Shown in pieces: positions 7,709 through 17,153 of a stretch of DNA of 64,000 nucleotides. The position numbers were made by a program, and so were the translations under genes. This DNA is from Syntrophaceae bacterium UBA7520. Lineage in GTDB: Bacteria; Desulfobacterota; Syntrophia; Syntrophales; Smithellaceae. How positions within the stretch are numbered: position 1 is the stretch's first letter; every line of letters begins with the position of its first letter. Below the pieces are notes generated by a model. That model saw nothing but the letters and a program-made list of their open reading frames with translations. It had not been told where the DNA came from and ran no database searches. The stretch lies in the NCBI GenBank assembly GCA_002478265.1, contig DLNC01000026.1, positions 6,792 to 70,791 of the forward strand, written 5' to 3'.

Positions 7709-9883
7709 CTAGAATACCTGTTGAAGAAAATTCAGAACCTCTTTTTTTACCTCTTCGGCCCCCTCGCCCCGCAGGATGCCGTGGTGCTTTGCCTTGATTC
7801 TGATAATTTTCTTCTTGCTCGCGCCGGTTTTTCTATAAATTTCCGGACCGCTTGATGGATTCACTACCGGGTCATCCGTGCCCTGGATAACCAGTACCGG
7901 GTCAATGATTTCTTTTAAGCGTTTTTCCACAATATCCATCAACTGCCCCAATTGATAGACTCCATAGACAGGGTTGCGCGTGTAATTAATATGCTTGTTT
8001 TCCGGATCATTTTCCACAAACTCCAGTTTGCCTCTTTGCACCCGGACGCTGGTCAAGAATTTGTTCCAGGCCACTATCGCCTGGGCAAACCTTGAAGAAA
8101 TATTCTGCAGCTTGAGAGGCGCATTAATCGATATTATGGCTTTAAACCTGCCGGGCTTGTTAGCCGCCTGCAAAAGCGCAATGTCTCCGCCGGTGGAAAA
8201 ACCGGCAATGGCGAATGATTTGAAATAATTTTTCATGATAATATAGGCGCGTCCCGCCGAGTCATACCACTTTTCCCAATTGCGCGACGCCAGATCCTCC
8301 GGCGCTGTGCCGTGCCCGCGCAGGCGCGCGCCGTAAACGCTGTAGCCGTTTTTATAAAGATGCTCGGCCAAAGGCTTTATTTCTTCGGGCGCAGCCATGT
8401 AACCGTGCACCAGAATTACCCCTTTTTTGCTAAACAGGCGCTTCCAAAAAAAAGGCGCGCCTATTTCCGGCGGTTTGCTCTCGCCTTTGATTGAATACTT
8501 CCGATAATCTTCTAAGAATAGCTTTTTATCCAAATCAATAAAATGCTTTCTGATTTTCTGCCGGATATAGGCGTCGGGCATAAGCATCAGGCGGCCGAGC
8601 GTTTTGGTCAGATCACTGAGCGGCTCTATTTCATTTTTAAGCACTTCGATGATATTGTCTTTTCTGATGGTATGGAATTCGTAGTTCTTGCTGAAACGGG
8701 CGCTATTTCTGATAAGGCTTCGTCCTTCGCGGCGGATTAGCCCCTCGGCGATTGACGACGCGATAAAACGCTCGTATTTTTCATGCGCGTCATCGGTCAG
8801 AAGATAAAACTGTTTTCTGTTGAGGGTGGTATGATAATTAGTCAATCCGCACCGGCGCAAATTATCGATAGCCAGAAAAACGCGGTTTTTAAAATCATCC
8901 TCGCCGATTCTGTTTCTGGTGTATTTCGCCAGAATGTAAGAAAAGATATGGTCATGGTTTACCGTCGTCATGGAATAAATGGCATCCATGTATTCATACA
9001 TTATAGCAATGTAGAGTTTCTTGAACGGCGCGGCATATTTTAATTCACCGGGCTGCAGATAGAGTTTTTCGTCCGAAAGCATCTTGTGCAGCCCCGCGCT
9101 CGTCGCGATGTATTTTTTCATGGGTATGGCCGCGCCGAAATTAATGTCGATATCCACGCCGTGCGTCAGCATCGACCCCTCAACTTGCATCTCCTCTTCA
9201 AAACGTTCGGAAATATCTTTCACAAACCTGCCCACCACTTTGCTGATGACATTTTCCCGGGCTCTTACCGGATAATAGGTAATGTTCACCGGTACAATAT
9301 AAGTTTCCTGTTTTAAAATTTTGTCAACATCCTTCGCGTCAAAACCAAAATGAGCGGCCAGTTGTTTGATTGAGCCCTTATCGCCTTTTTGACGAAATAG
9401 ACGTAATTCTTCACGGAGAAATTGCGAACGCAAAGCGATGCGCGCCGCGCCCGTGTGTGGCGGCCTCCTGGCGCCCGTGTTGAAAACCATATATTTGCCT
9501 TTTTCGATAAGCTTTTTGTCCTTAATCATCTGGCCTTCAGGGAAAATTATTACCGGGTTATTGCCGGTAAGCAGCGCATTGATCAAAATCGTGTCGCGAT
9601 TAGGATCAGCAGTGGAAATCGCGCCCAGTTTTTCCATAACTTCTCCCATCTTGCCGCCGAAAAAAGATTTGTCGGCCAAAGATATCGGAAATTTTTTAAT
9701 TGTTTTCTTTATAATATACGGCATCAGCACAGTTTCCATCCGGGTGAAATGATTCACCACGTAAAGCACCGGCTGATCAGGAACATTTTCCTGGCCGTGC
9801 ACGCGGATATCCATGCCCGCGGCCTGGATCAGCGCATCCAGCGTCGCGATTATCGTTTTAACCAACCTGTTTGATATCTCCAT
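7709..9883 (-). CDS. Three-part fusion: PlsC-type acyltransferase + ~300-aa unknown middle region + alpha/beta-hydrolase (lipase/esterase-like)
   Basis: N-terminus carries NHFTRME (an H-x4-E variant of the H-x4-D acyltransferase box) and IIFPEGQ. The C-terminus carries LVHGY (oxyanion HG), GFSTGG (GxSxG), GTDDPVV and KHHGIL. The start is 3 nt after the glpQ stop. Confidence 0.75.
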   Translation of the reverse strand: MEISNRLVKTIIATLDALIQAAGMDIRVHGQENVPDQPVLYVVNHFTRMETVLMPYIIKKTIKKFPISLADKSFFGGKMGEVMEKLGAISTADPNRDTILINALLTGNNPVIIFPEGQMIKDKKLIEKGKYMVFNTGARRPPHTGAARIALRSQFLREELRLFRQKGDKGSIKQLAAHFGFDAKDVDKILKQETYIVPVNITYYPVRARENVISKVVGRFVKDISERFEEEMQVEGSMLTHGVDIDINFGAAIPMKKYIATSAGLHKMLSDEKLYLQPGELKYAAPFKKLYIAIMYEYMDAIYSMTTVNHDHIFSYILAKYTRNRIGEDDFKNRVFLAIDNLRRCGLTNYHTTLNRKQFYLLTDDAHEKYERFIASSIAEGLIRREGRSLIRNSARFSKNYEFHTIRKDNIIEVLKNEIEPLSDLTKTLGRLMLMPDAYIRQKIRKHFIDLDKKLFLEDYRKYSIKGESKPPEIGAPFFWKRLFSKKGVILVHGYMAAPEEIKPLAEHLYKNGYSVYGARLRGHGTAPEDLASRNWEKWYDSAGRAYIIMKNYFKSFAIAGFSTGGDIALLQAANKPGRFKAIISINAPLKLQNISSRFAQAIVAWNKFLTSVRVQRGKLEFVENDPENKHINYTRNPVYGVYQLGQLMDIVEKRLKEIIDPVLVIQGTDDPVVNPSSGPEIYRKTGASKKKIIRIKAKHHGILRGEGAEEVKKEVLNFLQQVF

Positions 9884-9886
9884 GAA

Positions 9887-10711
9887 TCACCCCCTTGGTT
9901 TTCCTGTCTGTTTTGCCTTGCCGCGAAATTCATCCGCCACCTTCTTTAAAACATCGGGTTTATTGGTAAAAATTCCGTCAACTCCCGCCTCCAGAAGCTT
10001 TCGCATATCGCTTTTAAGATCTACGGTGTAAACATTTACAGAAATTCCGTGGGCTCGTAAATCAGCCTGCCTTTTTTTGCTCAGTTCTTTTTGTGCGCAG
10101 TTGAAAGCGTCCGCCTTCAGCAAACCTACAATTTCCGAAGGTAATTTATCGCGATATATTTTTTTATCATACAGCACGGCAACAGAAACACGCTGGTCTA
10201 TCTCCTTGAGATGCGCCAGCGCGCGGGGGTCAAAACTGGAAAAAACAACATGGCGGCGCATACCGTGTTTTTCGACAAGAGCGAGGCATTTCTCCTCAAT
10301 GCCGCCAGCAATTTCCTCAGTGACCGCTTCGGTTTTAATTTCGATATTTACGGCGATTTTGCCACAGCAAAGGTCCAACACTTCGTCGAGCGTGGGAATA
10401 TTGGCGCCTTTAAATTTCGGGGAAAACCAACTGCCGGCGTCAAATTTTTTCAGTTCGGCAAGATCATAGGCGGCAAGTTTTCCTCTGCCGTTTGTGCAGC
10501 GGTTGATTTTCTCGTCGTGAAAAACAACAACTTTACCATCGCGGCTCAACTGAACATCCAATTCCACCATTTCCGCGCCCATTTTTATCGCGCCGGCGAA
10601 AGATTCTATGGTATTTTCCGGGTAATAGGCGGAAGCGCCCCTATGGGCAATAACAGTGAAACGATCGCTGCCGCTTATTTCATATTTAAAAAATGAATAT
10701 GGCCGGCGCAT
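9887..10711 (-). CDS. glpQ: Glycerophosphodiester phosphodiesterase
   Basis: VIAHRGAS..YPENT and ELDVQLSRDGKVVVFHD blocks, typical of the GDPD family. Confidence 0.85.
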   Translation of the reverse strand: MRRPYSFFKYEISGSDRFTVIAHRGASAYYPENTIESFAGAIKMGAEMVELDVQLSRDGKVVVFHDEKINRCTNGRGKLAAYDLAELKKFDAGSWFSPKFKGANIPTLDEVLDLCCGKIAVNIEIKTEAVTEEIAGGIEEKCLALVEKHGMRRHVVFSSFDPRALAHLKEIDQRVSVAVLYDKKIYRDKLPSEIVGLLKADAFNCAQKELSKKRQADLRAHGISVNVYTVDLKSDMRKLLEAGVDGIFTNKPDVLKKVADEFRGKAKQTGKPRG

Positions 10712-10758
10712 TTTTTAATAAACCTGTAATATCAGCGTATAATCAATCCGCAAACTTT

Positions 10759-11520
10759 TCAGGCCACCACAAGCCCCTTCTCCCGCAGATAATTTTTTAC
10801 CTCCTGAATGCTCAGCAGGCGGAAATGAAAAACCGAAGCGGCCAGCAAGATGCTCGCGCCTCCTTTGACCACCGCCTCATAAAAATCTTCCCGCTTCCCG
10901 GCGCCGCCGGAGGCTACCACCGGCGCTTTTACCCCGGAGGAAATGGCCCTGGTGAATTCAATGTCATACCCGGCCTTGGTGCCGTCTCCATCCATACTTG
11001 TGGGCAGGATCACCCCCGCTCCCCGCTGCTCGCACTCTTTGGCCCAGGCAATGGCGTCTTTACCCACGGGCTTTGTCCCGCCGGAAACAACCAACTCAAA
11101 ACCGGAAGGCATCGCGGTGTTTCTTTTCGCGTCAACAGCTACAGTAATTTTATCAGGGCCGAATTTTTTCGCGGCTTCATTTATCAGCGCGGGATTTTTC
11201 ACCGCCGCGCTGTTCATGGATACTTTGCTTGCCCCCGCGCCTAAAACCAATTCGATGTCTTCAAGCGTCGATATGCCGCCGCCTACCGTAAGCGGGATAT
11301 TTATCACTGCCGCCACTTTTTCCACCCACGTCAGACGGGTTTTTCTGTTTTCCAACGTCGCCGCAATATCGAGCATTGCCAGTTCGTCCGCGCCCTCTTT
11401 CTGATAAAAGGCCGCGTTTTCCACAGGATCCCCCGCTTCCCGCAAATCCACAAAATGAACGCCCTTGACGACACGTCCGTCCTTCATATCCAGACACGGC
11501 ATAATTTTAATCGGCTGCAT
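10759..11520 (-). CDS. hisF: Imidazole glycerol phosphate synthase, cyclase subunit
   Basis: 253 aa with MPCLDMKDGRVVKG, TVGGGI, SGGAG and an overall HisF (beta/alpha)8 pattern. No hisH or other his genes are adjacent. Confidence 0.9.
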   Translation of the reverse strand: MQPIKIMPCLDMKDGRVVKGVHFVDLREAGDPVENAAFYQKEGADELAMLDIAATLENRKTRLTWVEKVAAVINIPLTVGGGISTLEDIELVLGAGASKVSMNSAAVKNPALINEAAKKFGPDKITVAVDAKRNTAMPSGFELVVSGGTKPVGKDAIAWAKECEQRGAGVILPTSMDGDGTKAGYDIEFTRAISSGVKAPVVASGGAGKREDFYEAVVKGGASILLAASVFHFRLLSIQEVKNYLREKGLVVA

Positions 11521-11701
11521 ATAAAAACTCCCCTTTAAAAAATTAATTCTACAGCATTTTTTTAAACTTATCCTGTGGAATTTACAACTTTAATTTTCGG
11601 AATTAATGATAAAAATTTCCGCGCTCAAAATTGCTTTATTGCTTGAAACAGACGCCGATTTGGTCTAAAGCACAGGGCATCACCGCAAAGGAGCACTCAT
11701 C

Positions 11702-12667
11702 ATGAAAATTAAGGAAATCAAAGCGAAAAACATGAACGTGAAGAAATTTATCGAGGAGAAAGTGCAGGAAATCAGGCAGATTGTCGGAGAAGGCACGGCC
11801 ATAAACGCCCTTTCCGGAGGCGTTGATTCCTCGGTCGTTACAGCGCTGGGCCACAAAGCCCTGGGTAAAAAACTAAAGACTTATTTTATCGATAACGGCA
11901 TCATGCGCGAAGGAGAGCCGCAAAAAGTCGTCACGGCTTTCAAAAAGCTGGGTATTGCCGTGGAAATCATTGACGCGGCGGGTGATTTTTTCAGCGCGCT
12001 GGAAGGCCTTGCCGATCCCGAAGAAAAAAGAGAGGCGATCACGCAGACTTTCTACAAAAAAATATTTGCCGATCTGGTCATCAAAAGCGGCGCGAAATAT
12101 CTGCTGCAGGGCACCATTCTAACGGATGTGGATGAAACCGTCGCCGGCATCAAAAGACAACACAACGTCTTTGAACAGCTGGGCATTGATCCGCAACAGG
12201 CGTTCGGATATAAAATTATGGAACCATTGATTCAACTGCGCAAAGATGGCGTCCGCAAAGTGGGGCGTGGCCTGGGGCTGCCGGAAGCTTTGTTCAACAG
12301 AATTCCTTTCCCGGGACCGGCACTGGCCGCGCGCGTGCTCGGCGAAGTGACGCCGCAAAAAATCGCCATGGTCAGAAAAGCAACGGCAATCGTTGAGACG
12401 GAATTAAACGGCGTCAAGGCGTTTCAGTATTTGGCGATTCTGCATAACGACCGCGTAACCGGCATGCGCGACGGCAAGCGGGTGTTCGGCAATCAGGTTG
12501 AAATCCGCTGCTGGAATTCGCTGGACGCGCGCAAAGCAACGCCAACCAGATTATCTTTTAATGTTTTGGAAAAAATGGCCAAGAAGATCACGAAAACAAT
12601 ACCGGAAGTGGTGAGTGTCACCTACAACATCACGACCAAACCAACTTCCACGATAGAGGCGGTATAG
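11702..12667 (+). CDS. guaA: GMP synthase ATP-pyrophosphatase subunit (PP-loop + dimerisation domain only; archaeal-style subunit B architecture)
   Basis: PP-loop SGGVDSS, LGLPEALFNRIPFPGPALAARV, and C-terminal KPTSTIE. There is no glutamine amidotransferase domain in the ORF or next to it. Confidence 0.75.
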   Translation: MKIKEIKAKNMNVKKFIEEKVQEIRQIVGEGTAINALSGGVDSSVVTALGHKALGKKLKTYFIDNGIMREGEPQKVVTAFKKLGIAVEIIDAAGDFFSALEGLADPEEKREAITQTFYKKIFADLVIKSGAKYLLQGTILTDVDETVAGIKRQHNVFEQLGIDPQQAFGYKIMEPLIQLRKDGVRKVGRGLGLPEALFNRIPFPGPALAARVLGEVTPQKIAMVRKATAIVETELNGVKAFQYLAILHNDRVTGMRDGKRVFGNQVEIRCWNSLDARKATPTRLSFNVLEKMAKKITKTIPEVVSVTYNITTKPTSTIEAV

Positions 12668-12721
12668 AAATTTGTCATGCCGGCACACTATCGCATCCCG
12701 TTTCTTGATTCCGGCTTTTGA

Positions 12722-12866
12722 GACTGCGTCATAATGTCTTTGCGAGTAAGCGTCACGACCGAAGCCTTGTCCCGAGCAAAGCGAGGAAACTTTTGAGATT
12801 GCCACGGACTATGCCCTCACAACGACTGCGTCGGCTTGCCGCCCGGCATGCGCCGGGCAAGCTGCT
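12722..12866. repeat. Degenerate REP-like element cluster
   Basis: GTCATAATGTCTTTGCGAG...GAGATTGCCACGG...CTCACAACGAC follows the same arm architecture as 948..1051. It is followed by CCGGCATGCGCCGGGCAAGCTGCT (12843-12866), which is identical to 19026-19049. Confidence 0.65.
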
Positions 12867-12985
12867 CCCTGCGGGAGATCGCAATGATCAATGATGATAG
12901 CGCCATAGTCTCTTTGCCAGTTACCGGAATAACGACGATGTAGGCGTGGGGGTATTAAACCCAACAAAAAATAAAAGCGGCAATG

Positions 12986-13936
12986 CTACCAGCTGCCGGA
13001 GGCGCCGCCGCCGCCGGACGAGCCGCCCCCGCCGGAAAATCCACCGCCGGATGAACCGGAAGTCCATGAACCGCCGGAGCCGCCGGAAGTAAGGACAAAT
13101 CCGCCGATATTCGCCTTCCCTTTGGTGCGCAAATCCTTCTGCGCTTTCTGATACCAGTCGGTATTTTTAAGAATTATTTTTGCCAGAGGGAACCCCACCA
13201 GATAAACCAGCAACAGGTAAAACGCGCCTTTCGTTCCCAAAACAATAATTGGGAACATCGCCCAGAAGGGAATAAGGAAAAAATAAAGAAACCATCCGAA
13301 GCCGGGCGTTAAAACGCCAATAACGGTAAAAAGGCCGATAATTCCGAAAATGAACGCGCCGAAAAGGATTCTTTCCATGATGGATAAATCCGGGCCTTCA
13401 ATATTTAGCCCCGAAGAATATTTGTTTTCTTCCTGCGTTTCGGTTTGCGGCAGCGTGCCGCCTTCCAAAACGGCGATTACCGCTTTAACGCCTTCTTCAA
13501 TACCCGTGCTATAATCTCCCTGCTTGAAACGCGGCGTCATGATATTGCGGATGATGCTTCCCGCTTTGCCGTCGGTCAGCGTTGCCTCCAGGCCGTAACC
13601 GACTTCGATGCGCATGCGCCGATCGTTGGGAACAACGACAATCAAAACACCGTTATCTTTTCCTTTTTGCCCCAATTTCCATTCATTAAAAACCGTCAGG
13701 GCGTATTCCTCAATCCCCTCACCGGCAAGCGTGGGAACGGTCAGCACCGCAACCTGGTTGCCGGTTTTGTCTTCATGCGCTTTGAGCATTTCCGTTATTG
13801 CCTGGCGTGTTTCCGCGGAAAGAATTTGCGCGTTATCCGTTACGCGTCCCGTTAAATACGGAACATCTATGGCAGAGGAAACTTGCGGCAAGAAAAACAG
13901 CGCAAAGACAAACGTCAGGGAAAATAGTTTCTTCAC
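12986..13936 (-). CDS. TPM-domain protein (YgcG-like), secreted/membrane, Gly/Ser-rich C-terminal tail
   Basis: Signal peptide, VTDNAQILSAETRQAI...TGNQVAVLTVP TPM block, C-terminal TM segments and a GGGGSSGGGGASGSW tail. Confidence 0.75.
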   Translation of the reverse strand: MKKLFSLTFVFALFFLPQVSSAIDVPYLTGRVTDNAQILSAETRQAITEMLKAHEDKTGNQVAVLTVPTLAGEGIEEYALTVFNEWKLGQKGKDNGVLIVVVPNDRRMRIEVGYGLEATLTDGKAGSIIRNIMTPRFKQGDYSTGIEEGVKAVIAVLEGGTLPQTETQEENKYSSGLNIEGPDLSIMERILFGAFIFGIIGLFTVIGVLTPGFGWFLYFFLIPFWAMFPIIVLGTKGAFYLLLVYLVGFPLAKIILKNTDWYQKAQKDLRTKGKANIGGFVLTSGGSGGSWTSGSSGGGFSGGGGSSGGGGASGSW

Positions 13937-14583
13937 GCGCCCTTCTCCTCGATAATAATGTCGGAAAGTTCATTGCTGCGTGCTTTGCCTCGCTTTTTAA
14001 GGGCGAGAATTTCCACAATCTTAACAAGACCGATTTCCAGAGCGCGGGCAACCTGCCCCGAAGAAAGAACGGGTTTCATCTGTCCGATAATGTTTTGCAT
14101 CGCTTTATGAGACAAGCGCCGCCTCAGCCCTTTGTCCGGCAGCAGGATAATCTGATGCTCAAAAAGACCAACCAGAAGCAAAACCCCTGTTCGGCGCCGC
14201 GTCGCGTATAATTCGCGGGAAAGAAAGAGAGATTCGGCATACTGGCGAACCTCCGTTTCGGCGCTATGCGCGGCGAGGAAAAGCCGCGCGAAACCGGGAA
14301 TATACATGGACAAGAGTGCGGTAAAAATACCGGCGGCAAGGATGATAAAAACAGAGATCATTACCAGGACGGGCGAACACCACTGGGAATACAACAAATC
14401 AAAGATAAAAACCAGAAAACCGGCAATGGCCGCGCCCAGCGCGAAAGCCCTCCAGGGAATTTCCGCGTAGGAGTCGCACTTCTCAATCACGGCCAGCACA
14501 ATCTGCGCCCCCGTGAGTTTTTCCGCCTGGGTTATGCTTCGCTCCAGCAAAGAACGTTCCTTTTTGCTCAGTACCCGTCTCAT
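13933..14583 (-). CDS. TPM-domain membrane protein
   Basis: LSKKERSLLERSITQAEKLTGAQIVLAV start, followed by TM helices and a second half-domain. The stop overlaps the next gene's start by 4 bp (translational coupling). Confidence 0.65.
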   Translation of the reverse strand: MRRVLSKKERSLLERSITQAEKLTGAQIVLAVIEKCDSYAEIPWRAFALGAAIAGFLVFIFDLLYSQWCSPVLVMISVFIILAAGIFTALLSMYIPGFARLFLAAHSAETEVRQYAESLFLSRELYATRRRTGVLLLVGLFEHQIILLPDKGLRRRLSHKAMQNIIGQMKPVLSSGQVARALEIGLVKIVEILALKKRGKARSNELSDIIIEEKGA

Positions 14584-14644
14584 ATATTGAGCTATACGCA
14601 GGGCAATATCTTATGTCAACACATTAAAACCGGAAAATTTTACT

Positions 14645-16864
14645 CTATTGCCCGTTCATTTTTGAAATAGTTTCTCTGGCCTCTTCTCTCAGGAAATTCC
14701 ACAGGCCGATTTGCTTTAGGGTTTCTACTTTGGGAATACCGGCGGCGCTCCAGCCGCGCTCGGCATAATACACGCTAATCAGTTTTTTTAATTCCTGTTT
14801 TCTGTGCTTAATCAGGATTTCCCGCTTTTCGGAGGTTTGCATTTTTTGAATTTTCACCAGTGGTTTATTGAGAATAACACTTAGCTGTTGATCGTGATAC
14901 TCTTTTTCGGCATCATAGAGACTATCTTCCGTGGGGCCGATGGCCCTATCGGGAATCCAGTCCTGCTCGCCCGTGTTCTTCCCGAAGGTCATTACATTCA
15001 TCACCCGCTGTAAATTGATATCCCGGTCTGTCTGCGCGAAAATCTCTTCCCAGGTCATTTTTGTTCCCAGCATGCCGTTGTAAAAATCCGCGTAAATTTC
15101 CTGCGAGGCGGGATTGATGTAGATATCCGTATTCTGGCGCTTCTCGGATTCAGGATTAAAGACATCCACCCAGGGCAGTTTGCACAAGCCCAGATTGTCG
15201 TTACCCAAACGCACGCGTGGATAAGTAATCAGCGCTTTCGCCTTATCCTGAAAAGTCGGAAACGCGCCCAGCAGATCCGCTTTAATCAGCCAGGCCGCGG
15301 CGTGATGCGCCCCGATATCGCTTGCGGCGGCGTAAGATGCCTGCATGGATAAGGATCGGTGCGTGCGGTAAAGAGAAAAAGGCAGCCCTTTGGTCTGCAT
15401 GGCAAAGCGCTCGAGTTCTTTTTTGGGATTGGGCTTACCGGTTCTTTTGGTATATTGAGAAGCAACCCAGGTGACCAGATCAAGCATGCCCGCGCCGGCA
15501 ACTTTAGTTAAAACAGTTCCCTCACAGGCAAGTTGATGAATAAAGGTCAGCGCGGCCTGTTCATCGCCCCAGGTCAGTTCGAATCCATCTGTGTCTTCTT
15601 TGGTCAAAAAACCGCGCTGGTAGCATTCCATCAAAAAGGCCATGATGACGGCGGTGGTGATGGTATCGATCCCGTAATTATCGCAATGCCAGTTGGCTTC
15701 CATAATAAATTCCGGACGCCACATGCCCAGATTGGAGCCGAAGCCGGCGGCCGTTTCATACTCGGGGCCGTCCACCCAGACTTTGCGGCCTTTGTGTTCA
15801 CCGGAGGTCAATGTTACCCAGCCGCCCTTGGTGCATCTTAAATTACAGCCGGGGAAGCATCCGTCCATGCCGCGATGATCAAAAAGATGCTCGGCGTAAT
15901 ATTTGCCGCAGATTTGCTCCGCTTGCGGGTCAGACCCAAGCTGATAATTTTTCACGGGCAGGGATTTATAGTCTTCCTTATTCATAAACGCGATCAAGCC
16001 GGCGGAGCCTTTGCGATACATCTTGAGCGACTGCGGATCGACCTCTTTGACGACATGGTGAAGTTTCGCGCCCGCCTTTTTCACCTTATCCCAATCGGAA
16101 GCGCCATAGGGATTTTCGCCGCGCGGATAATCGGCAAGAACAACCACGGCGCGAAGTTTTTTTTGAATCATTACCGATCCAAGACCGGTGCGCCCCGCCT
16201 GCTTGGCCCGGAAAAGACCTTTTGTTCCATCAACTGGTTTAGCCGCGTCATAGTAATGACTGTTGATGCAACCATAAGACGTATTGGCCGCACCGATGCC
16301 CGTGGTCAAAAAAACAATGTCCTTTTTTTCATGGCCGGCGGCGGTAAACCGCTCGACGATGACAGTTTCCAGATCGAAGACATGATCAATGACCGGCGCC
16401 TTCTCTACGGATATTTCGCCCTTGAAGCTGTCGATGACAATCATGCTATCGTCTTTCGCAATGCCGGTTATCTCCAACGCGTCGAAGCCCGCGTATTTCA
16501 GATACGCGCCGAAATGTCCGCCAAAGTTCGAAACGCCCGGAATATGCGTAAGGGGCGACAAAGAGACGACCATGCACTTGCTCGTGCCCGGAAATTGCGG
16601 AATGCCGCCCAGAGGCCCCGGCGAAAAGATCAACGGATTTTCCGGAGCAAACGCGTTTGTTTTCCCGTTTATTTTTTCGTGCAAAAGATAGAGCCCGAGC
16701 CCGCGGCCGCCGATGAAATAATCCCTGATCTGCGGCTTCAATGGATGGGCAACAATTTTACCCTCTTGTAAATCTATCGAAAGAATTTGATTGGCATATC
16801 CGTTTTGCAGCGCCGTTTTCGTGTATTTCATGTCGTATGTATCCTTGGCAAATAAGTAAGGCAC
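14645..16864 (-). CDS. aor: Aldehyde:ferredoxin oxidoreductase family (tungstopterin) enzyme
   Basis: 739 aa with ILSIDL..GKI N-terminus, GGRGLG, GPEYETAAGFGSNLG, DNLGLCKL and a C-terminal YYAERGW...GIP block. Confidence 0.85.
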   Translation of the reverse strand: MPYLFAKDTYDMKYTKTALQNGYANQILSIDLQEGKIVAHPLKPQIRDYFIGGRGLGLYLLHEKINGKTNAFAPENPLIFSPGPLGGIPQFPGTSKCMVVSLSPLTHIPGVSNFGGHFGAYLKYAGFDALEITGIAKDDSMIVIDSFKGEISVEKAPVIDHVFDLETVIVERFTAAGHEKKDIVFLTTGIGAANTSYGCINSHYYDAAKPVDGTKGLFRAKQAGRTGLGSVMIQKKLRAVVVLADYPRGENPYGASDWDKVKKAGAKLHHVVKEVDPQSLKMYRKGSAGLIAFMNKEDYKSLPVKNYQLGSDPQAEQICGKYYAEHLFDHRGMDGCFPGCNLRCTKGGWVTLTSGEHKGRKVWVDGPEYETAAGFGSNLGMWRPEFIMEANWHCDNYGIDTITTAVIMAFLMECYQRGFLTKEDTDGFELTWGDEQAALTFIHQLACEGTVLTKVAGAGMLDLVTWVASQYTKRTGKPNPKKELERFAMQTKGLPFSLYRTHRSLSMQASYAAASDIGAHHAAAWLIKADLLGAFPTFQDKAKALITYPRVRLGNDNLGLCKLPWVDVFNPESEKRQNTDIYINPASQEIYADFYNGMLGTKMTWEEIFAQTDRDINLQRVMNVMTFGKNTGEQDWIPDRAIGPTEDSLYDAEKEYHDQQLSVILNKPLVKIQKMQTSEKREILIKHRKQELKKLISVYYAERGWSAAGIPKVETLKQIGLWNFLREEARETISKMNGQ

Positions 16865-17153
16865 ACTAGTGCAAACATCTTAAAAAATCAATAATAAAAA
16901 GATGTTAAGGCGTTCCATGAATCACCAGCCGCTTTTGGTGTCGTTTTCTAAAACTGAATCCCCAAAATATGCAGGTGTTTCCAACAATCAATTCTTGCCG
17001 AAGTCCGTGTTTGACATAATCCGCAAGAAGATGTTAGTTTGACAGCCACAGTGGTAAAATTCTGAAACAGCCACAAAGGCTATTTTGATATAGCGCGTTC
17101 TTTAAAGAAAAATATTTGCCAACAAAGCACCCGATAAAAGAAAGAGGAATCCC

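Noticed and set aside
15875-16771. 298-aa plus-strand ORF
   Set aside because: It is antisense to the AOR gene and contains no recognisable motifs.
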